From positions 69,683 to 133,682 of the IMG/VR virus record IMGVR_UViG_3300007735_000926: a stretch of 64,000 bases of DNA; one strand, 5' to 3'. The notes beneath the pieces were generated by a model. The model saw nothing but the letters and a program-made list of their open reading frames with translations, searched no databases and was not told where the DNA came from. The translations under genes were made by a program, and so were the position numbers. Of the stretch, positions 30,311-39,904 are shown in pieces. The DNA comes from a virus (lineage: Duplodnaviria; Heunggongvirae; Uroviricota; Caudoviricetes). The stretch's first letter is position 1; every line of letters begins with the position of its first letter.

Positions 30311-31159
30311 ATGGCATTACACGGTTTTACAGTTGATATTTTTGATTTCTTTTACACAACGACAACTTCAAATGCTGTATCAGCAGGAGCAGGTGTATGG
30401 ACGTGGACTTTACCTTCAAATGCTGACATGCTTCGTATTGAAGCTGTTGGTGGTGGAGGTGGAGGTGGTTCTGGTAGAAGAGGCGCTGCTGGAACTAATA
30501 GATCTGGTGGAGGTGGTGGAGCAGGTAGCTCAAGAACTATTATAGATGTGCCAGTTGCTTCATTGCCTTCAACTACATTAACAATTACTGTTGGCAAAGG
30601 AGGCACAGGAGCACCAGCTGTTACAGCAAATGACACCAACGGGAGCGTTGGTGGAGCAGGAACACCTAGCACTATACTTGTCGGAACCACACCAATATGT
30701 TACTCGTATTGGAATCAAGGGGGTGCTACTTCAACTACTGCCGTAGGAACAGCTGGAACGACAGTTGCTGCTGGGGGAACAGGAAACAATAGTGTAACTT
30801 CTATGTTTAACGGTGGCAATGGTAGTGCCAGTAATCTAGCTGGCAATACTATCAATACTACTGTAGTATATGCTAGTATGGGTGGAATAGGTGGCAGTAG
30901 CATCAGTAATACTGATGTAGTTTATACAGCTGGTATCGGTATTGGCGGCGGTGGTTCTGGTGGTAATGCCAGTATAACAGGACCAGCGGGTGCTGGAACC
31001 AAAGGTGTAGCTGACAGTCTTACCTCATGGATAGGTGGAGGTATTGGCGGTGCTTATGGCTGTGGTGGTGGAGGTGGTGGCGCTAGTGTCAATGGTTTTA
31101 ACTCTGGTGCTGGAGGAGATGGTAATGACGGGGCTGTAAGAATCATTGTTTTTTATTAA
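30311..31159 (+). CDS. Glycine-rich domain protein, paralogue 3
   Basis: Same blocks; TAATTA-N5-ATG variant motif. Confidence 0.7.
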   Translation: MALHGFTVDIFDFFYTTTTSNAVSAGAGVWTWTLPSNADMLRIEAVGGGGGGGSGRRGAAGTNRSGGGGGAGSSRTIIDVPVASLPSTTLTITVGKGGTGAPAVTANDTNGSVGGAGTPSTILVGTTPICYSYWNQGGATSTTAVGTAGTTVAAGGTGNNSVTSMFNGGNGSASNLAGNTINTTVVYASMGGIGGSSISNTDVVYTAGIGIGGGGSGGNASITGPAGAGTKGVADSLTSWIGGGIGGAYGCGGGGGGASVNGFNSGAGGDGNDGAVRIIVFY

Positions 31160-31174
31160 AAGGAACTCGCACAA

Positions 31175-31639
31175 ATGGGAAATCTAGGTTTATCAAAACG
31201 AAATAGCAAATTCCATCAAGGATTTTATCACCCAAAAAATCCCCAAAAATATATAGGCAAGCTTGATAATATCATATATCGCTCTGGTTTAGAATTAAAA
31301 TTATTTCGATGGGCTGATAATAATATAAATGTTTTGGAATGGAACAGCGAAGAAGTGACTATTCCATACTTTGATAGTGTGCAAAAGAAAAATAGAAAAT
31401 ATTTCATCGATGCTTATGTGAAAATAAAGGAAGGTGATAATATTAAAAAATATCTTATAGAAGTTAAACCTTGGAAACAGACACAAGAACCAAAAGCCAC
31501 TAAAGGAAAAAAGAAATCTAATTTACTCTATGAGCAAGTAATGTGGAAAAATAATTGTGATAAATGGGATTTCGCTAGGAAATTTGCAAATAAACATGGT
31601 ATGGACTTCATTATTATCACTGAAAAAGAGTTAAATTGA
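31175..31639 (+). CDS. gp4: Head completion nuclease (T4 gp4-like, TnsA-N fold)
   Basis: F.PKNP.KY.G....IIYRSGLE, W.SEE..IPY, YF.D, LIEVKP.KQT. Confidence 0.85.
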   Translation: MGNLGLSKRNSKFHQGFYHPKNPQKYIGKLDNIIYRSGLELKLFRWADNNINVLEWNSEEVTIPYFDSVQKKNRKYFIDAYVKIKEGDNIKKYLIEVKPWKQTQEPKATKGKKKSNLLYEQVMWKNNCDKWDFARKFANKHGMDFIIITEKELN

Positions 31640-31674
31640 TAGATTTTGTAATCATTAAACATAAATAATATCAT

Positions 31675-32337
31675 ATGCTAAAATTAAAGTTGATCGCAGA
31701 AAATCCCGATATTTTCGATAACTTCGAAGTTATTGAAGAACAATCAAATCGAAACAGTTCATCTAATCTTTATGTGAAAGGTCCATTCATTGGATGTAAT
31801 AGCGTGAATAAAAATAAGAGAATGTATCGTCTTGATGAAACTAGAACGGAAGTTCAGAGATACATCAATGAGATGGTTGTTCCGGGTAGAGCGATGGGCG
31901 AATTGAATCACCCCACTAGCGCAGATGTCAATTTGGAAAGAGCTTGTCATTTGGTCACCGAATTGACTGAAGTTAATGATTATTTTGTCGGTAAAGCAAA
32001 GGTTTTATCAACTCCAACTGGTCAGATTCTCCGTGCTCTTATCAACGATGGTGTAAAAGTCGGAATGTCCACCCGTGCATTGGGTCAATTGATGGAAAAT
32101 CGTGACTATAATTTGGTTCAAAATATGCATTTGGTCGCTATTGATGCTGTTGCAGATCCATCTTATCCAAAAGCATTTGTCAATGGTATTCTGGAAAGTA
32201 AAACATATGTGGTTGAACAAGATGGTTCTTTCGGAGAAGTATATGAAAATTTTGAAAAGTCTCTCAAAGTTCTCCCAAAACATGATGTCGAGTATTATCT
32301 TCGCCAGCAAATCATAAAATTTATCAATAGCATCTAA
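31675..32337 (+). CDS. gp21: Prohead core protease (T4 gp21)
   Basis: N.NKRMY, RAMGELNHP, GKAKVL.TP.GQI, GMSTRALG, DAVADPS. Confidence 0.95.
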   Translation: MLKLKLIAENPDIFDNFEVIEEQSNRNSSSNLYVKGPFIGCNSVNKNKRMYRLDETRTEVQRYINEMVVPGRAMGELNHPTSADVNLERACHLVTELTEVNDYFVGKAKVLSTPTGQILRALINDGVKVGMSTRALGQLMENRDYNLVQNMHLVAIDAVADPSYPKAFVNGILESKTYVVEQDGSFGEVYENFEKSLKVLPKHDVEYYLRQQIIKFINSI

Positions 32338-32345
32338 ATAATAAT

Positions 32346-32765
32346 ATGCCATCTAAAACGGAAAAACAAAAAAGATTCTTTGGCGCTGTTATGGGTGCTA
32401 AAAAAGGACAAAAAAAGGTTTCGGGCGAAGCTAAAAAAGTAGCTAAAGAAATGCCTAAAAAGAAAATTGAAGAATTTCTCAAGACTGAGGGTGAGGAAGA
32501 TGAACAATCCAAAAAGAAAATCACTCTCAAGGGTCCAAAAGTTAAAGAGCGTAAACATTTTGCACCACCCACCAAACCGCACAATAACGATAAAAAATAT
32601 AAGCGCGATAAAAAAGTGGATCTTCAAGAATCAGCATCAGTTATCAAATTTATCGAAGCGATCATGACAAAAAATCATGCAGAGGCTCACTCACACTTGA
32701 AGAATATGATCAATCAAAAGATTCAACAAAAAATTTCGCAAGAAATTGAAAAACCTTTGTTCTAA
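32346..32765 (+). CDS. Hypothetical late protein; C-terminus resembles T4 gp67 prohead core
   Basis: MPSKTEKQKRFFGAV N-terminus; FIEAIMTKNHAEA...M..K...I C-terminus; position between gp21 and gp22. Confidence 0.45.
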   Translation: MPSKTEKQKRFFGAVMGAKKGQKKVSGEAKKVAKEMPKKKIEEFLKTEGEEDEQSKKKITLKGPKVKERKHFAPPTKPHNNDKKYKRDKKVDLQESASVIKFIEAIMTKNHAEAHSHLKNMINQKIQQKISQEIEKPLF

Positions 32766-32801
32766 ATCATAAAAAAATATATCAAATCTCTAAATAATAT
32801 T

Positions 32802-33686
32802 ATGAAGAAAAACAAACAGAATCTTTTCTCTGAAGACGTTCAAAAAAGTCTCGGTCTTTCCGACGAGTCCGTCAATGCCATCCAAGAAGCTTTGGAAGCT
32901 AAGGTTGATCTGGCAGTTGAAGCTGCATTGGTCGAACAGGATGAAGTGTATGCAATCAAATTGAAATCTCTCATGGAGTCAGTCGATAAGGATCGCACCA
33001 TTAAAATGAAAAAATTGATGGAAGCTTTTGATAGAGATAAGACTGCTAAACTTGTTAAGGTTGTTAAGAAATACGAAAGAGAGCAGCAATTTGATCTTCT
33101 CAATTTCAAAAAGCAACTTACAGAATCTGTTAGCGTCTTTTTGGATGAATTTTTAAACGAGTCGTTCCCGAAAAAGGATATGGAAGCTGCGGTTAAGAAT
33201 AAGACCGCATACAATGTTTTGGAAAATCTCCGCAGAGTGTTAGCAATCGATTCTGCTGTCATGAAAGAATCCGTTTCGGATGCGATCATGCAAGGTAAAA
33301 ATGAATTGGACAATCTTCGCAATGAAAATGCCAAGTTGAAGAATAATCTCAAAGTTATCACTGAAGAGAAGAATTCGACACAAACCAAATTGTTCCTCGA
33401 AGCTAAGACTTCAAAATATCCAGAAACCAAGAAGAACTTCATTAAAAAGGCTCTTGGAGATAAATCTCTGAAGTTTATTCAAGAAAATTTCGATTATACT
33501 GTTCGTCTCTTTGAAAAACAAGAGAAGAAACAACTCGAAGTGATTAAGGAAGAAGCTATCCAAAATCGCAAATATAAGCCCGACTTCGTGAAAAATGAAA
33601 AAATTATCGAAGAACAGGTAAATAATGATGTAGAGGAGAATGATCCTTATTTGAGTGTCCTTCAAACGATGGAATTCAAAAGATAA
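32802..33686 (+). CDS. gp22: Prohead core scaffold (T4 gp22-like)
   Basis: Charged helical protein between protease and MCP; DPYLSVL C-terminus. Confidence 0.8.
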   Translation: MKKNKQNLFSEDVQKSLGLSDESVNAIQEALEAKVDLAVEAALVEQDEVYAIKLKSLMESVDKDRTIKMKKLMEAFDRDKTAKLVKVVKKYEREQQFDLLNFKKQLTESVSVFLDEFLNESFPKKDMEAAVKNKTAYNVLENLRRVLAIDSAVMKESVSDAIMQGKNELDNLRNENAKLKNNLKVITEEKNSTQTKLFLEAKTSKYPETKKNFIKKALGDKSLKFIQENFDYTVRLFEKQEKKQLEVIKEEAIQNRKYKPDFVKNEKIIEEQVNNDVEENDPYLSVLQTMEFKR

Positions 33687-33748
33687 TTTCCACCCCGCAC
33701 AATGAGGAAGTAATTCCTGAACAAATGTGAATAGAAAGTCAAATATAT

Positions 33749-35224
33749 ATGAATATCCCACAAAATGATCTGAATGGCTCAAAGATGCAACGCGCAGTCG
33801 CTAAATGGCGTAAGGTGCTGGACTATAGCTCGAACTCGATTCCTGCTATCCAGAACGAACACGTTTACAAGACTACCGCTATGCTTCTTGAGAACCAAGA
33901 ACAGTGGTGCTTCCAAGAAGCAAACACCGCTTCTAGCGGTGGTGTTTTCGGCGCTTTGCAAGGCACTAGCACTCCGGGTATCGCTAACAGCGACTCGTAT
34001 GCTCAGGGCGATGCTCGTCTGCCGAAGATTCTTATTCCTATGATTCGACGCACTTTCCCCGAATTGATCTCCAATGAAATCGTTGGTGTTCAGCCTATGG
34101 GCGGACCTGTTGGTCTTGCTTTCGCTCTTCGTTATGCCTACCAAGGTGATACTTTGAGCGATGGTGGTATCGACGGCAAAACCACTGCTGGCGGATCTGG
34201 TTCTTCTTTTGGTAATCAGCTTAAAGCTGCTTATCAAGGCGGTACTAATCTCCCCAACTCTGAACTTGGTTATCAACTTCTGGACACACGTTTCACTGGC
34301 ACATCTGCTGGATTCCTTTCGGGTAACACCGATCACTGGACATTCGCAGATCAAGATCGTGGTATTGCCGAACTTCTGACCAATTACGAATTGACGGGTA
34401 AAATCCCTCAAATCGAACTCAAGTTTGACAAGACCGCTGTTGAAGCTGGTACACGTAGATTGGCTACACGTTGGTCGGTCGAGTTGGAACAAGACATCAA
34501 GAACATGAATGGCATCGATATCGATGGAGAACTTACGAACGCAATGTCGTATGAGATCCAAGCCGAAATCGACCGTGAAGTTGTGATGCGTATGATCCAA
34601 ACCGCCTTCAATGCGCAGCTTGGTGCAGGTTACTCCATCTGGAGTCCTGTCAGTGCGGATGGTCGTTGGACTGCTGAAAGGAATATTACCTTCTATCAAC
34701 GCTTGCTTATCGAAAGTGGCCGTATGGCTGCTCGTAACCGTAGAGGTGCCGCTAACTTTGTTATCGCAACTCCTCGCGTTTGCAGCATCCTTGAGATGCT
34801 TCCTGACTTCAAAGTTTTTGAAGTTAATGGATCTGTCTCCACTGCTGGTGTCGGTATTGCTAAAGTTGGTACTGTTGGTAGCCGCTGGACTGTTTATCGT
34901 GATACTCGGACTGAAGTTCAGAATTCCACACTCTACTCGCCTAACTACTACACTAATGCTCCCAATTCTGGTGGCGGTGTTGAGTATGCGCTGTTGGGTT
35001 ACAAGGGTTCTGAATACTATGACACAGGTATTATTTACTGCCCATACATCCCGATCATGGTGCAACGCACAATTGGACCGAATGATTTCGCTCCTCGCGT
35101 TGGCCTCATGACCCGTTATGGTATCGTCAATAATATCTTCGGTGCTAATCTTTATTATCACCTGATTATTGTCAAAGGTCTTGGTACTGCGTTTACTCCC
35201 GGTTCGATTAGCACTTATCTGTAA
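33749..35224 (+). CDS. gp23: Major capsid protein (T4 gp23)
   Basis: TAMLLENQ, LIPMIRRTFP.LI..EIVGVQPM.GP.GL.FALR, ELEQD, EIQAEIDRE, YCPYIP, F.PR.G.MTRYG. Confidence 0.97.
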   Translation: MNIPQNDLNGSKMQRAVAKWRKVLDYSSNSIPAIQNEHVYKTTAMLLENQEQWCFQEANTASSGGVFGALQGTSTPGIANSDSYAQGDARLPKILIPMIRRTFPELISNEIVGVQPMGGPVGLAFALRYAYQGDTLSDGGIDGKTTAGGSGSSFGNQLKAAYQGGTNLPNSELGYQLLDTRFTGTSAGFLSGNTDHWTFADQDRGIAELLTNYELTGKIPQIELKFDKTAVEAGTRRLATRWSVELEQDIKNMNGIDIDGELTNAMSYEIQAEIDREVVMRMIQTAFNAQLGAGYSIWSPVSADGRWTAERNITFYQRLLIESGRMAARNRRGAANFVIATPRVCSILEMLPDFKVFEVNGSVSTAGVGIAKVGTVGSRWTVYRDTRTEVQNSTLYSPNYYTNAPNSGGGVEYALLGYKGSEYYDTGIIYCPYIPIMVQRTIGPNDFAPRVGLMTRYGIVNNIFGANLYYHLIIVKGLGTAFTPGSISTYL

Positions 35225-35256
35225 GTCTAACTAAGCAACACGCTAAATCAAAATCT

Positions 35257-35296
35257 GAAACCCGAGGTGCCGAAGAGCCTCGGGTTTCTTCTTTTT
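35257..35296 (+). terminator. Intrinsic terminator after gp23
   Basis: gaaacccgagg...cctcgggtttc stem followed by T-rich tail. Confidence 0.8.
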
Positions 35297-35346
35297 ATAG
35301 TGATCGCAAATTTTCTAAAAATTGAGCGATTTTACTAAATAATAAC

Positions 35347-35799
35347 ATGAGCATTTATACGTTCCAATCAAACATTCTTTCTGCCCAAAAAACTGGTAGT
35401 CCAAATCTCACCAATACTACACTTTCCTCGACAGGTGTTACATATATTTCTGGTGCTAACGTCGTGGTTACAAGTAGACAACTTGGTATGGTGTCTCTGT
35501 CCACAACTGATGTTGGACTTGCATTCAATCCAATTCAATTCTCGGTAGGTTCCACTGTCAATACCGCATCAGCATTCTCGATCACCAATTATCCAAGTGT
35601 CACAGTGAATGTTCTCGGTTCAATCTTTAACATTCCAAATTCTCTCCACAATACCCCAATGGCTGTTGTTAATACGGATGGTTCATATTCAGTGTTCACT
35701 TTCCTGAGTTCTGTCACAACTGTCCCCACAGCATCCATCACAGAAGAATATACAGTGTCCACTCCAGATACTCGTAGAAAGAGATTGTTAGGATACTAA
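35347..35799 (+). CDS. Ser/Thr/Val-rich late (probably structural) protein
   Basis: TAAATA-N5-ATG; lies right after the MCP terminator. Confidence 0.6.
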   Translation: MSIYTFQSNILSAQKTGSPNLTNTTLSSTGVTYISGANVVVTSRQLGMVSLSTTDVGLAFNPIQFSVGSTVNTASAFSITNYPSVTVNVLGSIFNIPNSLHNTPMAVVNTDGSYSVFTFLSSVTTVPTASITEEYTVSTPDTRRKRLLGY

Positions 35800-35826
35800 T
35801 ATAAAATATATCCATTACTGTTATAC

Positions 35827-35857
35827 AAAAAGCACACGAACCAATCGTGTGCTTTTT
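35827..35857. terminator. Bidirectional intrinsic terminator
   Basis: Perfect 13-bp inverted repeat aaaaagcacacga / tcgtgtgcttttt. Confidence 0.75.
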
Positions 35858-35871
35858 GCTTAAATAATATT

Positions 35872-36597
35872 ATGTTTAATAGGGGAAGTGGTTCTGGAAT
35901 AGAATCTAAAAGAACTGATGAATCATTTTATAGCGGCATTGTTGTAAAAAATGATGATCCCTTAAAATTGAATAGAATTAAAATTTATATTCCAGAATTA
36001 TCGAATCAACCATTTGATGATTGGTTTGGAAAATATGATGAGATTGATATAAAAATTGGCGGGATCAACAATCCAACTGATAATTGGAGTGATACTTCAA
36101 TTTTTAAAGAGATAGTGAATAATATTCCATGGGCCGAACCATGTTATCCTATAATTGGTGAATCTGGAAATGGACGATATTATCAAAATGATGAAGATAG
36201 CATCTCCACCATTTCCGATTGTAATTACGACGAAGGCTTCAGAACAAATGATGAAAATCCTCCAACTCTACAAAAAGGTTCATTCTCACCTTCGTTTATT
36301 TATGAAAACAAAGATACCATTATGGGGGATGCTTTCAATAATCCGATTGATGCATTTTCCGTGAGATGCAATACGTATTCTTTTGGTTATAAATCTGAAA
36401 AATTTGCTAATAAAACAAAGGGATTGATGGGAATTCCAGAAGTTGGTTCAAAAGTGTGGGTATTTCATTATTTGGGAGATTTGAATTTCCCTGTTTATTT
36501 TGGTGTCACTCAAGATTATAGAAGTCTCACACTGATAAATAGAACTGATAACCAATCCAACATTTCGCCTTATTATCCATCTAATTTTGAAAATTAA
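35872..36597 (+). CDS. gp5: Baseplate hub gp5-like N-terminal OB-fold protein
   Basis: YSGIVV.NDDPLKLNRIKI.IP, IPWAEP, IPEVGSKVWVF...GD.N.PVYFG. Confidence 0.7.
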   Translation: MFNRGSGSGIESKRTDESFYSGIVVKNDDPLKLNRIKIYIPELSNQPFDDWFGKYDEIDIKIGGINNPTDNWSDTSIFKEIVNNIPWAEPCYPIIGESGNGRYYQNDEDSISTISDCNYDEGFRTNDENPPTLQKGSFSPSFIYENKDTIMGDAFNNPIDAFSVRCNTYSFGYKSEKFANKTKGLMGIPEVGSKVWVFHYLGDLNFPVYFGVTQDYRSLTLINRTDNQSNISPYYPSNFEN

Positions 36598-36599
36598 AT

Positions 36600-38237
36600 A
36601 TGTCCAAAAAGAAATATAGAAATCGAACAGTATTAAACCAAAGAGGTGGATCAATCGTTATCAACAATACGAGTGACAACGAATCACTTCATATTTCACA
36701 AAGATCAGGAAGTAATATTTTATTAAACAATGTAACTAATTCTGAATTAGCCACCAATAATAAACAGACAATGGTTTTGAATGATAAATTTGATACCATT
36801 AAAGGAGACTCTAGTGAATTTGTCGTCGGTGGCAAAAATGAAAGAATAGGTGGAACTGTTTATAATTATAAAGGTTTCATAGATGAAAATGAAATAAATG
36901 CATTTCAAGAATGGAAAGACTTGATCAAACCGATTGCAGATAATAATTCAAAATTTAAAATAAAAAGAGGCGGATTATCATTACCAAACGGTGTAACTAA
37001 CGAACCAAGCGGAACTCGTGATGGTAATCCAGTGATAGATTCAAAAGTATTTGTCGTTGAAAATAAATTCTCAGGTTATATTAAAACACCTTATCGAACA
37101 TCAAAAGGTGATGAAGTGGCTGCTTATGCGCCAGTATTGTTTAGAACAGGACAGTCTGCGAAAGAAGCATCAATCACTGTTGAAAATATTGAGAAAAGTG
37201 CTGGATCGTCTGGTTCTCAAGCTCCGGGTGTTTTAGAATTTGGCGCTTCCAAATCTGCCGCCACTGAAAATGGTGAATGGGGAGGTGATCAAGATGCATT
37301 GGATATCGATAAGCAATTTTTAGATATCCAAGAAACATTGACTGATGTTGAGAAAAAAATGGGCGATGGTGGTGACGAACATCTTATCACTAAAAGAAAT
37401 AAAGTTGAAACGATTGGCGCGATTTTCAATGATTTCCCATCTGTGAGGATTGATGAAAAAGGCAGAAGTCAACCATTTGAAATGTTGGTATCTGATACAG
37501 GTATCTTCAAAAATCATGATTATGCCCCTCTCATCGAAGAAGTTGACAATGCCTCTAATTTCCCCTGTGGAAAAGATCACGCAATTGTTGGAAATACTTT
37601 CAGTAGGATTGTTGGATCTGGTGGTATTTCTTTGAAAACCACTGGTTCTTTTGAGATGGGTGGAACTGTTTTAAGAGGAGGATTCAAACAAATAAATTTA
37701 AATGCTTCTCATGGTATCAATATTGGATCAGAAAATGGTATTGAATTACAATCTGTGAAGACAATTGTTTTAAGAACCAATAGACAAGTATACGTCGAAT
37801 CTTCCATGGGGATTAAAAATAATTTAATTGTAGGAGGTGGTCTAGCAGTTGAAGGCGAAACCTATCTACAGCACGTTACAGCACCTCTGGAGGTCCAACA
37901 AACGGAGGATACAATTGTTATGGGTAAATTCGCCACAGATCAAGACCGACGATTAATTATCGGTGAATGTTATATCGGTGGTGATTTTTACCCTGTTTAT
38001 GCTAAAGCATCTGATGATTTAATTGTATCATATCCACATAGTCACCATTTTAATAATATTCCTTTGAAACTTGTCGAATCTAATAGTGATGTTCGAAAAG
38101 ATGCACAGAATAATAAAATAAATGCGCATAACACTGTGGCCCAGTCTTATGCGCAGTTACATGAGAAGAAAACTCCTTCTAAGATTGAGAAAGCTTCTTG
38201 GATGGAATATATTAAATCTCTAATTACTTCATTGTGA
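36600..38237 (+). CDS. gp5-like C-terminal (beta-helix) baseplate spike protein
   Basis: Follows the OB-fold gene; E.LHISQRSGSNI segment and short beta-strand repeats. Confidence 0.55.
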   Translation: MSKKKYRNRTVLNQRGGSIVINNTSDNESLHISQRSGSNILLNNVTNSELATNNKQTMVLNDKFDTIKGDSSEFVVGGKNERIGGTVYNYKGFIDENEINAFQEWKDLIKPIADNNSKFKIKRGGLSLPNGVTNEPSGTRDGNPVIDSKVFVVENKFSGYIKTPYRTSKGDEVAAYAPVLFRTGQSAKEASITVENIEKSAGSSGSQAPGVLEFGASKSAATENGEWGGDQDALDIDKQFLDIQETLTDVEKKMGDGGDEHLITKRNKVETIGAIFNDFPSVRIDEKGRSQPFEMLVSDTGIFKNHDYAPLIEEVDNASNFPCGKDHAIVGNTFSRIVGSGGISLKTTGSFEMGGTVLRGGFKQINLNASHGINIGSENGIELQSVKTIVLRTNRQVYVESSMGIKNNLIVGGGLAVEGETYLQHVTAPLEVQQTEDTIVMGKFATDQDRRLIIGECYIGGDFYPVYAKASDDLIVSYPHSHHFNNIPLKLVESNSDVRKDAQNNKINAHNTVAQSYAQLHEKKTPSKIEKASWMEYIKSLITSL

Positions 38238-38248
38238 TTTGATCACGC

Positions 38249-39901
38249 TCAACCCTCGCATGATTTGCATGTGAGGATCGATCTGGACAATTCCTGACTT
38301 GGATTTGATGAACGTTGGTAATACAATGACTTGATGCCCATTTCCCAAGCAAAAATCATTAATTCATTAATTTCCTTCGGCTTCGTCCCGGCAGGAATCA
38401 TCAAATTGAGAGATTGTCCTTGGTCAATATGGGGTTGTCTTTGAGCAGCATGAATTACAACTTCTTTCTGTGAAAGTTCTGCAAATGTTTTGAAAACATC
38501 TTTCTCGTGCTCTGTGAGGAAATCGAGATGTTGGACACTACCACCATGAACCAAAATGCTTTTCCAAATTTCTTTATCATCCTTATCTTTAGATTTCAAC
38601 AATTCTTCAAACTTTGGATTACGGTAAATAAATTGACCTTTCGCGAGATTCTTGACAAAATAATTACTATTGAGCGGTTCGATACTGGGGCTAACTTGTC
38701 CTAAGATAAAGCTGGAACTGGTTGTAGGCGCAATCGCGAGAGTGGTAGTATTACGACGACCATAGCCTTTTAATACTATAGGTTCGCCAAACATTTCAGC
38801 GAGTTCTTTGGTTGCTTTATCAGCACGTTTACGGATTTCGAAAAAGATAGAGATGTTCTCAAAATGAGCATCCATGCTTTCCCATGCAATCATTTTAGAT
38901 TGGAGATAGCTATGATAGCCAAGAACACCCATACCCAATGCTCTGTGGTTCTTGGCGAAATTGTGAGCAGCTTCCATCAAACGAACATTCTTAGTCTTAT
39001 CGATAAATTCTGACATCACGGCATCCAAGAACATAACCAATGTTTCCACTGCGTCCGTTTCTTTAATTTCATCCCACCAAAGCAAATTCAAAGAAGAAAG
39101 GCAACAGACAAACGACTCATCTTTAGTAGATGGTAGAAAAATCTCGGAACAAAGATTACTCGCATTGATTACATATCCCTTGTCTTTATAGACGGCAGGT
39201 GCATTTTTATTCGCATTATCTGTGAAGAAAACATATGGATATCCAGTTTCCGAACGTTTTTTAATCACAGCTGCCCATCGGCGTCTCTTTTCTTTATCGC
39301 CATCTATCATCGATTGCATCCATCCTTCAGGAATCGTGACTCCAATAGACATTTCTTGAATGGAATGACCTTCTGAGCGAATCTTCATAAATTCGTCAAA
39401 GTCTCCATGATCGATTGGTAGATACGCTGCAAAGCTTCCTCTACGTGCGCTACCTTGGCTGATAATTTTAGCCACGTTGTCGAATAATTCCATACATCTA
39501 ACAGCACCTTCAGCGACACCACCAGTGGAAATCTCAGAACCTCGGGGACGAATATCTCCAAAATATCCAGATGTTCCACCGCCAACCTTGGTCATCATCC
39601 CGACTTCAGCTTGTTTGGTCAAAAAATCTTCAACGCTATCACCAATATGAGAATTAAAACAAGAAATTGGATTGCCTCTTTCATTCCCAAAGTTCATCCA
39701 CACAGGTGTAGAGAGGCTATAGAAGCCACGGGACATATAATCAACAAATTTATCGGCAAAACCTTCGATACCGAGAATTTTTTGAGCGGTATTCGCAATT
39801 TCTTGGATTCTGTCGATGGCTGATTGTCCCTTTCGGAGATAACCTTGTTCTAAAAATTTAATTGAATCTTCGTTTAACCAGTAGTATTTTTCTCTTGTCA
39901 T
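38249..39901 (-). CDS. nrdA: Ribonucleotide reductase class I, large subunit
   Basis: STPVWMNFG...ISCF, SNLCSEI, VCCLSSLN, LAIAPT.SSS, DQGQSLNL, KSLYY, C-terminal CKSCEG. Confidence 0.95.
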   Translation of the reverse strand: MTREKYYWLNEDSIKFLEQGYLRKGQSAIDRIQEIANTAQKILGIEGFADKFVDYMSRGFYSLSTPVWMNFGNERGNPISCFNSHIGDSVEDFLTKQAEVGMMTKVGGGTSGYFGDIRPRGSEISTGGVAEGAVRCMELFDNVAKIISQGSARRGSFAAYLPIDHGDFDEFMKIRSEGHSIQEMSIGVTIPEGWMQSMIDGDKEKRRRWAAVIKKRSETGYPYVFFTDNANKNAPAVYKDKGYVINASNLCSEIFLPSTKDESFVCCLSSLNLLWWDEIKETDAVETLVMFLDAVMSEFIDKTKNVRLMEAAHNFAKNHRALGMGVLGYHSYLQSKMIAWESMDAHFENISIFFEIRKRADKATKELAEMFGEPIVLKGYGRRNTTTLAIAPTTSSSFILGQVSPSIEPLNSNYFVKNLAKGQFIYRNPKFEELLKSKDKDDKEIWKSILVHGGSVQHLDFLTEHEKDVFKTFAELSQKEVVIHAAQRQPHIDQGQSLNLMIPAGTKPKEINELMIFAWEMGIKSLYYQRSSNPSQELSRSILTCKSCEG

Positions 39902-39904
39902 ATA

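Noticed and set aside
28041-30903. Pro-rich antisense ORFs opposite the fibre and Gly-rich genes
   Set aside because: Mirror of GGN/GGT codon runs on the coding strand
33779-35161. 460-aa minus-strand ORF antisense to the major capsid gene
   Set aside because: Shadow frame of a strongly codon-biased gene; no motif, promoter or plausible composition
20012-39901. Introns or inteins in portal, MCP or nrdA
   Set aside because: ORFs are continuous and of expected or short length, with no intein (C...HN) or LAGLIDADG/HNH insert recognised
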